Shown one piece after another: positions 10,387-19,085 of a stretch of 64,000 nt of DNA (position 1 is the first letter of the stretch; every line of letters starts with the position of its first letter). Source of the DNA: Myxococcota bacterium (GTDB lineage Bacteria; Myxococcota_A; UBA9160; UBA6930); contig OZ245002.1 in NCBI GenBank assembly GCA_965223415.1, positions 3,008,001-3,072,000 on the forward strand, given 5' to 3'. Below the pieces are notes generated by a model that was not told the DNA's origin, did no database searches, and saw only the letters and a program-made list of their open reading frames with translations. Position numbers and translations under genes: made by a program.

Positions 10387-12043
10387 CCTCGGTGGACACC
10401 CAAAACCGGCCATAGAAGGACGTCTGAAAAGCGGCCATAGGGGCTGACGCCCAGGACGTTGACGACGGCGAGGGACCTGCGATCCCCCGCCGCCATGGCG
10501 AACCTTCTGGGCAACGAGAAACGCGAGCAGATTCTGGCACTTGGCCGCCTCGGCTGGTCGCTTCGGCGGATCGAGGAGGCGACGGGCGTGCGCCGGGAGA
10601 CGGCGAGCCGTTACCTCCGGGCCGCGGGGATCGCGGTGCGATCTCCTGGTCGCTGGGGGCACGGGGCCCCAAACCCGGCCATAGAGGCGTCCACCGACTC
10701 GAAGGCCCCGGCAAAAGCGGCCAAAGAGGCGTCCACCGATCCGGCCTGGCCGCCGATGCCGGGCCGGAGCCCCCAGGCCAGCGCCTGCGAGCCCTACCGC
10801 GAGTGGATCGAGGCGGGCGTGCGCCAGGGCCGGACGGCGATGGCGATCTGGCAGGACCTGGTCGATGACCACGGCTTCGCCTTCAGCTATGCGAGTGTGA
10901 AGCGCTTCGTGGCGAAGCAGCGAGCCGCGGCGCCGCGCGAGGCGCACCCGGTGATCGAGACGGCACCGGGAGAAGAGGGCCAGGTCGACTACGGCGACGG
11001 GCCGATGGTGCGGCATCCCGGGTCGGGGAAGTACCGGCGCACGAGGCTGTTCGTCTTCACCCTGGGCTACAGCCGCAAGTGCGTTCGGCTGCTCGTGTGG
11101 AAGTCGAGCAGCCAGGTCTGGTCGGAGCTGCACGAGAAGGCCTTCCGCCGGCTGGGCGGTGCACCGCGCACCGTCGTCCTCGACAACCTCAAGGAGGGCG
11201 TTCTCAAGCCCGACGTCTACGACCCCGCGCTCAACCCCCTCTACCGCGATGTGCTCGCCCACTACGGCGTGACGGCGCTTCCGTGCCGGGTGCGCCACCC
11301 CGATCGCAAGGGGAAGGTCGAGTCCGGGGTGCGCCACGCGCAGCAGAAGGTCCGCGGGATGCGCTTCGAGTCGCTCGAGCAGGCCCAGGCCTACCTCGAC
11401 CGCTGGGAGCGCCGGTGGGCCGACACCCGCATCCACGGCACGACCAAGCGCCAGGTGGCGGCGATGTACGAAGAGGAGAAGCCGCACCTGCTCGGGCTTC
11501 CCATCGAGCCCTTCCGCTACTACCAGCACGGCGAGCGCACGGTGCACCTCGACGGGGCCATCGAGGTGGAGGGGGCCTACTACCACGCGCCGCCGGGCTG
11601 GCTGGGGCGGCGGGTGGCCGTCCAATGGGACGGGCTGCGGGTGCGGATGCTCGATCTGCAGACGGGGGAGCTGCTGCGCGAGCACGTCCGCCAGAGGCGG
11701 GGGCGCCGCAGGATGCGGGAGGAGGACCGCCCGAAGCGGACGCCGGCCACGACCCTCCAGCTGCTCGCGCGGGCCCGGCGGGCCGGCGCCCACGTGGGCG
11801 AGGTGTGTGAGGCGATCCATCGCCTGGACGGCGAGCCCGGGGTGCGTCGCATCCTGGGCGTGCTCTCCCTGTGCAAGCGCCACGGCATCCCTCGCGTCGA
11901 CGATGCCTGCGCCACCGCCCTGGCCCTCGAGCTGCCCACCTACGCGTTCGTCAAGCGCTACCTGGAGCGTCAGCCCGAGCTGCCGCTCTCGCTCAAGCAG
12001 GTGGACCCGCTCATCCGCCAGCTCACCCACTACCGCGATCTCA
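10387..12043 (+). mobile_element. IS21-family element A, truncated (left end plus istA; no istB or right end)
   Basis: End CCTCGGTGGACACCC with repeats AAAACCGGCCATAG and AAAAGCGGCCATAG. Cut at 12044 by element B. Confidence 0.85.
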
Positions 12044-12072
12044 TGTCGCAGGACGTGATATTCGAGGGCTAA
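10495..12072 (+). CDS. istA: IS21 transposase IstA (last codons supplied by element B end)
   Basis: ETAPGEEGQVDYG, VVLDNLKEGV, DRKGKVESGV. Confidence 0.9.
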   Translation: MANLLGNEKREQILALGRLGWSLRRIEEATGVRRETASRYLRAAGIAVRSPGRWGHGAPNPAIEASTDSKAPAKAAKEASTDPAWPPMPGRSPQASACEPYREWIEAGVRQGRTAMAIWQDLVDDHGFAFSYASVKRFVAKQRAAAPREAHPVIETAPGEEGQVDYGDGPMVRHPGSGKYRRTRLFVFTLGYSRKCVRLLVWKSSSQVWSELHEKAFRRLGGAPRTVVLDNLKEGVLKPDVYDPALNPLYRDVLAHYGVTALPCRVRHPDRKGKVESGVRHAQQKVRGMRFESLEQAQAYLDRWERRWADTRIHGTTKRQVAAMYEEEKPHLLGLPIEPFRYYQHGERTVHLDGAIEVEGAYYHAPPGWLGRRVAVQWDGLRVRMLDLQTGELLREHVRQRRGRRRMREEDRPKRTPATTLQLLARARRAGAHVGEVCEAIHRLDGEPGVRRILGVLSLCKRHGIPRVDDACATALALELPTYAFVKRYLERQPELPLSLKQVDPLIRQLTHYRDLMSQDVIFEG

Positions 12073-12126
12073 GAGGACACGTAGATTTGCGCACCTCCTG
12101 TTGAGCCGCTGCGCGGCACGTTCCCC

Positions 12127-13413
12127 GTGAGGGAGGGGGGCGTGGGGCAGCGGCGACTGAGGCAGGAGGAAGTGATGACGATCGAAGTGCTGCACGAGCG
12201 GGGGTGCTCGAACCGGGAGATCGCCCGCCAGCTGGGGATCCGGGAGAGCGCGGTGCGCTACCGGCTGAAGCGGCTGGCGGAGGGGGCGCGAGACGGCCGG
12301 AGCGGGAAGCCCTTCCTGGCCGAGGCGGTCCACGAGGTGATCGCGGAGTGGCTGGAGGCGAGCTCGGGAGGCCGTGGCGTGAACCTGCAGGAGCTTCACG
12401 AGTTCCTGGTGGAGGAGCACGGGTACACGGGGAGCTCCAAGAGCGTGCAGCGGTACGTGCGGGCCCGGTTCCCGAGACCGAAGGTGCGGAGCCGGCGTCG
12501 GGTGGAGACACCGCCCGGGGCGCAGGGTCAGGTGGACTGGGGCGAGTTTCCGGGCGTGCGGATCGGGGGCCAGGAGGTGGACCTGCATGCCTTCCACCTG
12601 GTGCTCTCGCACTCGCGGCGAGAAGCGGTGGTGTGGTCGGAGCGGGCGGACACGCTGGCGTGGCTGGACGTGCACAACCGGGCCTTCGAGCGGCTGGGCG
12701 GGGTGCCGGCGGTGCTGCGGGTCGACAACGTGAAGACAGCGGTGGCGAAGGGGGCGGGGCCATGGGGGACGGTGAACCCGGCTTACGCGAGCTATGCCGG
12801 GGCCCTTCGCTTCCACGTGGACGCCACCCGTCCCCGCCAGCCGCAGGAGAAGGGGAAGGTGGAGCGTCGGATCCTGGGGCACCGGCGGGGCTTCGATCCG
12901 CGTCGGCGGGAGCACGAGAGCCTGGAGTCGCTGCAAGCGTGGACGGACGGCCAGGTGGCGCGCTCGAGCCACCGGCGGCAGTGCCCGGCGACGGGCACGA
13001 CGGTCTTCCAGGCGTGGGAGGCGGAGAAGCCCCATCTCGGGGCCCTGCCCGAGCGGCTTCCCGAGCCCTTCGACCTGGCCGTGATGCGACGTGTCGGGCG
13101 CGACGCCACGGTGCGCTTCGAGGGGCGTACCTACAGCGTCCCCTTCCGCTTCGTCGAGCAGAGCGTCGAGGTGCGCGGCTGCGCCCGGCAGGTGCAGGTC
13201 TGGGCCGAGGGCTCGGTGGTGGCCGCGCACCCGCGCCACACGCGAAGCCGCCTGCTGCTGGACCCGAGCCACTACGAGGGGCCGAGCACGGAGGGGGTGG
13301 AGGCGCCCGTACCGCTCGGGCGCATGGGTCGACGCCTCCAGGAGCTGTGGGCGATGGAGCCGGAGCAGCGGCCGATCGACCTCTATGCCGATCTGGCGGA
13401 GGTGGCGCGATGA
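12127..13413 (+). CDS. istA: IS21 transposase IstA
   Basis: ETPPGAQGQVDWG, VDNVKTAV, QEKGKVER. Confidence 0.95.
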   Translation: MREGGVGQRRLRQEEVMTIEVLHERGCSNREIARQLGIRESAVRYRLKRLAEGARDGRSGKPFLAEAVHEVIAEWLEASSGGRGVNLQELHEFLVEEHGYTGSSKSVQRYVRARFPRPKVRSRRRVETPPGAQGQVDWGEFPGVRIGGQEVDLHAFHLVLSHSRREAVVWSERADTLAWLDVHNRAFERLGGVPAVLRVDNVKTAVAKGAGPWGTVNPAYASYAGALRFHVDATRPRQPQEKGKVERRILGHRRGFDPRRREHESLESLQAWTDGQVARSSHRRQCPATGTTVFQAWEAEKPHLGALPERLPEPFDLAVMRRVGRDATVRFEGRTYSVPFRFVEQSVEVRGCARQVQVWAEGSVVAAHPRHTRSRLLLDPSHYEGPSTEGVEAPVPLGRMGRRLQELWAMEPEQRPIDLYADLAEVAR

Positions 13414-14210
13414 CGGCGGGAAACCCGGTGCCCAAGAAGGGCGGCAAGGTGGATCTCGACCCGACCCGCGAGCGGCTCGTGCGCCTCGGCCTCCATCACG
13501 CGGCCGAGCACATCGGCGAGGAGCTGGCCCGAGCGACCAAGGACGACCTCGTGCCCCACCGCTTCCTCGACCTGCTGCTCGAGGCCGAGCTGCAGCACCG
13601 CGAGGAGCGGAGGATGAAGACCTCGCTCCGTCTCTCGGGCCTTCCCACGGGGCAGACCCTCGGCAACTTCGACTTCGCCTTCCAGCCGAGTGTGGAGCGG
13701 AGCCGGATCGAGACGCTGGGCACCTGCGCGTGGATCCGGGCCAAGGAGAGTCTGCTGATCCAGGGTCCGCCGGGAGTGGGCAAGACCCACCTGGCGGTGG
13801 CCCTGGGGGTGCGGGCCGTGGAGAACGGCTTCTCCGTGGCCTTCCATCGCCTCGAGGACCTGCTGGCGGCCCTCAAGCGCGACGCCGAGATCAGCCCGCA
13901 ACGGCTGCGGCGGCGCAAGCACATGAACGTGGCGCTCCTCGTCATCGACGAGGTCGGCTTCGAGCCCATGACGCGCCAGGAGGCGAGCCTCTTCTTCCGG
14001 CTCGTCTCCTACCGCTATGGGAGGGGCTCGATCCTGATCACCACGAACAAGGGCATCGCCGACTGGCCCGAGGTGCTGGCGGGCGACGAGGTGCTGGCCA
14101 CCGCCATCCTCGATCGCCTCCTCCACCACAGCCAGGTGCTCAACATCTCGGGGCGGAGCTACCGGCTCCGCGAGCTCGAGCAGGCCGCGGGGCAAAGCGC
14201 CCAGCGTTGA
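13410..14210 (+). CDS. istB: IS21 helper ATPase IstB
   Basis: GPPGVGKTHLA, LLVIDEVGF, AILDRLLHH. ATGA overlap with istA. Confidence 0.95.
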   Translation: MTAGNPVPKKGGKVDLDPTRERLVRLGLHHAAEHIGEELARATKDDLVPHRFLDLLLEAELQHREERRMKTSLRLSGLPTGQTLGNFDFAFQPSVERSRIETLGTCAWIRAKESLLIQGPPGVGKTHLAVALGVRAVENGFSVAFHRLEDLLAALKRDAEISPQRLRRRKHMNVALLVIDEVGFEPMTRQEASLFFRLVSYRYGRGSILITTNKGIADWPEVLAGDEVLATAILDRLLHHSQVLNISGRSYRLRELEQAAGQSAQR

Positions 14211-14345
14211 GGCCCCAGAGGGCGGCCTGACGGCCGTGCTCTCCTTCGGAGAGCGGAAGAGAAGAAGGAAGAACCGAACATCAACCCAGGGGGGTGCGCA
14301 AAACTAGCCGTCCTCTTAGCGCGCAAGAGATGACGTCCCTCGACA

Positions 14346-14711
14346 ATTGTTGCGGCCGTTAAAGGCTGCGGTCTCTGCGCTAGTGAATGCGGAGGCGCCC
14401 GACACGCCAGCGCAGTGCTTCTTCCGCAGTTCGGGGAAGCGCGCGAGCAGGCCAAACCCAACAAGCAGGTGCGTTTTTCCGCCACCCATCGCCTGCTTCA
14501 GATGAAAAACCGCTTGCGACGAAGTACCTGCCAGGCGCGCGACGCCCTCGCTGATGAGGTCCTGCATTCCCTGAGTAATGTGGGTCTTTTCGAAGAAGGC
14601 CCTTCCGTCGCCTTCCGCCGTGATGAGCTCGTCCAGCTGCTCGATCTGGTCGCTGAGCTTGATGGAGAGAGCATTAGCTTCTACCTGGCAAGCATCACGG
14701 ACAGTCTTCAT
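14346..14711 (-). pseudogene. DUF499 AAA+ ATPase, N-terminal stub truncated by IS21
   Basis: FFEKTHITQGMQDLISEGVARLAG...FHLKQAMGGGKTHLL. The frame runs into the IS end after about 122 codons. Confidence 0.8.
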
Positions 14712-14771
14712 CGCTTGGTTGCTCCCGCGGCGCGCTCAAGTGCGCCGCCTATCTCTCAAGAGAACTAGCTA

Positions 14772-16430
14772 CTTCCCGTCCAAGAACTCGTAAGTCACTG
14801 AGAAGAAAAGGAATTGGCGCAAACGCGCCTCCCGATCGAGTTTCGATTGGTGTATGTTAGGTGGTGCCAACCTACCGAACATACACAGCAATTCGCCAAC
14901 CGGGGGGTGAAGCGATGCGCCGATTCCGAGAAACTCAGCTCTCACTCACGCCCACATGGGGTCCGCATCAACATACCCGAGAGCTGCAGATGATCGCCAG
15001 GATCCTCGGGGCGGATCCGCGCTTGGGTGCTGTTGTGCACGGAGATCTGATCGGGGAACGTCGCGCCGATACCGGCCGTCGGGGCCTCAGCGGCGATCAG
15101 GTCCTTCGAATCGCCCTACTCAAGCAGATCCACGGGCTGAGCTACCGGGAGTTGGAGTTTCACCTCCAGGACTCGGCCGCCTTCCGCAGCTTCGTAGGAC
15201 TCGGGCTCGGTGACTGGCCCCGCTTCCAGACCCTTCAGGACAACGTCAAACGGATCCGGCCCGAGACGTGGGAAGCCATCCACCGTGCGTTGATCGGCCT
15301 GGCTCGCCGGGAAGGAATCGAACGAGGCGAGACGATTCGGGCGGATACGACGGTCGTCGAGGCGAACATCCACGAGCCCGCCGACTCGGCCCTGCTCTGG
15401 GACAGCGTTCGGGTGATGACGCGGATTTTGCGAAGGATGGCGAAGCAACGCCCTTCGCTGCGCAAGATGTTCCCGGATCGTCGTCGTTGCGTGAAGCGAC
15501 GCGCCTACGCGATCAAGTTCCACCGGCGGTCGATCAACCTGGTCGCGAGCTATCGGTGCATGATCCGGGCCACGGAAGAGGTCTGCCAAGCGGCCCGTAG
15601 CGTCGCGGAGAGGGTCGCCCGAGTCGAAGACACGACGCCGCTTCGCGAAGAGCTCCTCGCGGTGCTTCCCCTCGTCGAGCGCGTCATCGATCAGAGCCGT
15701 CGCCGTGTCCTCGAAGGCGAGCGCGTCCCTGCAGCCGAGAAGATCGTGTCGATCTTCGAGCCGCACTCGGACATCCTCGTGAAGGACAATCGAGGCACCT
15801 ACTACGGTCACAAGGTCTGTCTGACTGGCGGCAGGTCGTCACTCGTCCTCGACTGTGTCATCGAGGAAGGAAACCCTACGGACTCGACGCTGGTCGAACG
15901 TACGCTCGAGCGCCATGCAGATCTCTTCGGCAAGGCACCCCGCCAAGTGGCGATGGACGGAGGCTTCGCGTCCATGGACAACGTTGCCAAGGCCAAGGCG
16001 CTCGGCGTGGAAGACATGGCCTTCAACAAGAAGAGCGGACTCGAGGTCCACGAGATGGTGCGCAGCGCCTGGGTCTTCCGGCGCCTTCGTGACTTCCGCT
16101 CGGGGATCGAGGGCGTGATCTCGACGCTCAAGCGAGCGTTCCAGATGGACCGATGCACCTGGCGGGGCCTGGCGTCCTTCAAGGCCTATGTCTGGGCCAG
16201 TGTGACGAGCTTCAACCTCGTCGCCTTGGCCCGCCACCTGCTGACTCGCGAGTTCGCCTGAACCCCTGAGAGTGGTTCGGTCGGTGGACACGTGCGCCCG
16301 CGCATCGGAACACGGTCGCTCACTCACCCCGACGGCTCCGGGACTGCTGTGACATCGCTACTCTCAACGCCCGCGAAGACCGCCAACGATCCACTAAGAG
16401 GCCGACGAACGGCTCTTCTCGGACGGGAAG
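14772..16430 (+). mobile_element. DDE insertion sequence (IS5-like/ISNCY), copy 1, 1659 bp, TSD TAGCTA
   Basis: IRs CTTCCCGTCCAAGAA and TTCTCGGACGGGAAG. TAGCTA at 14766-14771 and 16431-16436. Confidence 0.93.
14915..16261 (+). CDS. DDE transposase
   Basis: RADTTVVEANIHEPADS, YYGHK, AMDGGF, FRSGIEGVISTLKR. Confidence 0.93.
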   Translation: MRRFRETQLSLTPTWGPHQHTRELQMIARILGADPRLGAVVHGDLIGERRADTGRRGLSGDQVLRIALLKQIHGLSYRELEFHLQDSAAFRSFVGLGLGDWPRFQTLQDNVKRIRPETWEAIHRALIGLARREGIERGETIRADTTVVEANIHEPADSALLWDSVRVMTRILRRMAKQRPSLRKMFPDRRRCVKRRAYAIKFHRRSINLVASYRCMIRATEEVCQAARSVAERVARVEDTTPLREELLAVLPLVERVIDQSRRRVLEGERVPAAEKIVSIFEPHSDILVKDNRGTYYGHKVCLTGGRSSLVLDCVIEEGNPTDSTLVERTLERHADLFGKAPRQVAMDGGFASMDNVAKAKALGVEDMAFNKKSGLEVHEMVRSAWVFRRLRDFRSGIEGVISTLKRAFQMDRCTWRGLASFKAYVWASVTSFNLVALARHLLTREFA

Positions 16431-16433
16431 TAG

Positions 16434-16868
16434 CTATCTGTCGCCACGCAGCAGAAAGAAGTTCTCGAGCACCCGCGGCCCTACGCCCTTGACCGGAGCA
16501 AGCATGCGCCGTACCTCGTCGCAGCTTCCGTGCTCGAGAATCTCCGTGTACTGACCGATTGAGCCACTTCCAAGGAACGCACCGAGTGAGACCAGGCGAT
16601 CTGTGAAGATTGCCGTCATCGTATCCCCGCGGTTGTATCCACCGGCTCCGAGTTTCTTGGCAATCGAGGCGGAAGGTGCCTCGTTCAAGACTGCTGGGTC
16701 GAAGAGACCCTGAGCTTGCAGTGCATCGAATAAGGCGAAGGTGCGTTCAAGCGGATAGTTGTTGACCGACAGCATCGCCATCACGAGGTCCGCCCACGGT
16801 CCCGTGACGATCTCGCTTGCTCCCCGTTTGGCTGCTTTCAACGAACCCCCCTGCGGATCACCCAGCAT
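16434..16868 (-). CDS. Hypothetical protein with C-terminal helix-hairpin-helix-like motif
   Basis: LAPVKGVGPRVLENF; overlaps the excisionase stop region. Confidence 0.6.
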   Translation of the reverse strand: MLGDPQGGSLKAAKRGASEIVTGPWADLVMAMLSVNNYPLERTFALFDALQAQGLFDPAVLNEAPSASIAKKLGAGGYNRGDTMTAIFTDRLVSLGAFLGSGSIGQYTEILEHGSCDEVRRMLAPVKGVGPRVLENFFLLRGDR

Positions 16869-17064
16869 CCGACCTTTGGTCCGCGTTCTTTTGCTTGCGA
16901 ACTTGGATCCATTCCTCGAGGTCACTCCTTTGGAATCTCCACGCGCCGGCAACCTTGAAGCCAGGGAGTTCTCGCCGTTGCGCTAGGCGGTACACAGTCT
17001 TCTCGTTCACGTTTAGGTAGGCCGCCACGTCTCGGACGGTCATCGCAGGCAGGGAGTCCTTCAT
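16858..17064 (-). CDS. Excisionase-family HTH DNA-binding protein
   Basis: MTVRDVAAYLNVNEKTVYRLAQRRELPGFKVAGAWRF; AGAGGAG RBS. Confidence 0.88.
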   Translation of the reverse strand: MKDSLPAMTVRDVAAYLNVNEKTVYRLAQRRELPGFKVAGAWRFQRSDLEEWIQVRKQKNADQRSDAG

Positions 17065-17218
17065 CTGGCTCCTCTGGGAAACAGGTCCAAACCTGTCCAT
17101 CCTATGTGGTGGCTGGCCGGCTGGCAAGCAGAAAAGGTTCGCCGTTTCAGCCGGTTAGGCTCCCCGCTGCGTCCGGCGGCCAGCAGATCGCCCGGGTCGG
17201 TAGCGCACCGGGTGGCTT

Positions 17219-18149
17219 CTAAGTCGCACCGCTGTCGAGGGGAAGCACGTCCGCATTCGCGGCTCCGCTCATCGCCGCGCTGATCCGATTCCCGATCCCG
17301 TTCGTGGCCTTCCGGAGGGGGTCGTCTGCGAGGTGCGCGTAGCGGGCGGTGGTGCCGGGTTGGCGGTGACCCAGCAACGCCCCGAGGACGGGAAGACCCA
17401 GATGGCTCGCCACTCCAACCGAGGCGAACGAGTGGCGGAGGTCATGGAGTCGCACTCCGGGGAGCCCTGCCCGATCTCGGACCAGGGACCAGGGCTTCGC
17501 GATGTTGACGAGGGGCCTCCCAGGCACTCTTCCCGGGAAGACCCACCCCGATGCCTTGGTGTATCCGAACAGGTCCGCGAGGACGGACTGGGCCGCCGTG
17601 TTGAGAACCACAGCCCTCGGCTCCGTCTTGGTCTCGCGGAGGAAGATCCTGCCTTCGGGAAGCCGCACGTCGCTCCACCGCAAGGCTAGTGTCTCTCCCA
17701 CCCGGAGCCCGGTCAGCGCCAGGAAGCGAATCGCTGACCCGGCCACCCGGGAGATGGCCGTCTCGGCCACGAGGCTGTCCAGGGCCTGGCCGAGCCGCTC
17801 GTACTCGTCGAGCGAGAGGTGGCGGTCCCGCTTTCGCTCCTTGAACTTGGGGATCTCTTTCGCAGGGTTCTCATGGTTCTTGGGCAGCAGCCCCTCGCGA
17901 AGCGCGTAGGAGAACATCGCACGCGTCACCTTCAAGACCCGGTTCGCAAGGACCGGGGTTTTCTTCATGCGCACGTGGATTCTGGAGAGGTCGGATCGGG
18001 AGACGTCGGTGATGAGCAGGCTTCCAAGCCTCGGCACCAGGTGCTTCTCGAGGACGTGCCGTGCTTCGCGCTGCGTGGCCCGGCGGGAGTGCACCTCGAC
18101 GTACTGGGAGAGGTACCGGTCGACCAGCTCGCGAACCGAGAGAGTGGCC
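17219..18149 (-). pseudogene. int: Tyrosine integrase, core and catalytic part
   Basis: LTGLRVGE, HDLRHSFAS, LLGH...TTARYAH. Separated from its N-terminus by IS21 B copy 2. Confidence 0.92.
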
Positions 18150-18284
18150 TGTCGAGGGACGTCATCTCTTGCGCGCTAAGAGGACGGCTAGTTTTGCGCA
18201 CCCCCCTGGGTTGATGTTCGGTTCTTCCTTCTTCTCTTCCGCTCTCCGAAGGAGAGCACGGCCGTCAGGCCGCCCTCTGGGGCC

Positions 18285-19085
18285 TCAACGCTGGGCGCTT
18301 TGCCCCGCGGCCTGCTCGAGCTCGCGGAGCCGGTAGCTCCGCCCCGAGATGTTGAGCACCTGGCTGTGGTGGAGGAGGCGATCGAGGATGGCGGTGGCCA
18401 GCACCTCGTCGCCCGCCAGCACCTCGGGCCAGTCGGCGATGCCCTTGTTCGTGGTGATCAGGATCGAGCCCCTCCCATAGCGGTAGGAGACGAGCCGGAA
18501 GAAGAGGCTCGCCTCCTGGCGCGTCATGGGCTCGAAGCCGACCTCGTCGATGACGAGGAGCGCCACGTTCATGTGCTTGCGCCGCCGCAGCCGTTGCGGG
18601 CTGATCTCGGCGTCGCGCTTGAGGGCCGCCAGCAGGTCCTCGAGGCGATGGAAGGCCACGGAGAAGCCGTTCTCCACGGCCCGCACCCCCAGGGCCACCG
18701 CCAGGTGGGTCTTGCCCACTCCCGGCGGACCCTGGATCAGCAGACTCTCCTTGGCCCGGATCCACGCGCAGGTGCCCAGCGTCTCGATCCGGCTCCGCTC
18801 CACACTCGGCTGGAAGGCGAAGTCGAAGTTGCCGAGGGTCTGCCCCGTGGGAAGGCCCGAGAGACGGAGCGAGGTCTTCATCCTCCGCTCCTCGCGGTGC
18901 TGCAGCTCGGCCTCGAGCAGCAGGTCGAGGAAGCGGTGGGGCACGAGGTCGTCCTTGGTCGCTCGGGCCAGCTCCTCGCCGATGTGCTCGGCCGCGTGAT
19001 GGAGGCCGAGGCGCACGAGCCGCTCGCGGGTCGGGTCGAGATCCACCTTGCCGCCCTTCTTGGGCACCGGGTTTCCCGCCGTCAT
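18285..19085 (-). CDS. istB: IstB ATPase
   Basis: Same translation as copy 1. Confidence 0.95.
   Translation of the reverse strand: MTAGNPVPKKGGKVDLDPTRERLVRLGLHHAAEHIGEELARATKDDLVPHRFLDLLLEAELQHREERRMKTSLRLSGLPTGQTLGNFDFAFQPSVERSRIETLGTCAWIRAKESLLIQGPPGVGKTHLAVALGVRAVENGFSVAFHRLEDLLAALKRDAEISPQRLRRRKHMNVALLVIDEVGFEPMTRQEASLFFRLVSYRYGRGSILITTNKGIADWPEVLAGDEVLATAILDRLLHHSQVLNISGRSYRLRELEQAAGQSAQR

Larger units (their letters stand above)
12044..14345 (+). mobile_element. IS21-family element B, copy 1 (2302 bp)
   Basis: Imperfect IRs TGTCGCAGGACGTGATA... and ...ATGACGTCCCTCGACA, with istA and istB. No target duplication. Confidence 0.95.

Noticed and set aside
9499..13272. 1257-aa ORF as a giant HerA fusion
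   Set aside because: Everything above 10386 is the antisense frame of IS21 transposases.
12204..14210. 668-aa extended IstB or frameshift fusion
   Set aside because: The upstream part is a shadow frame of istA. The real istB starts at the ATGA overlap (13410), and no slippery site was seen.
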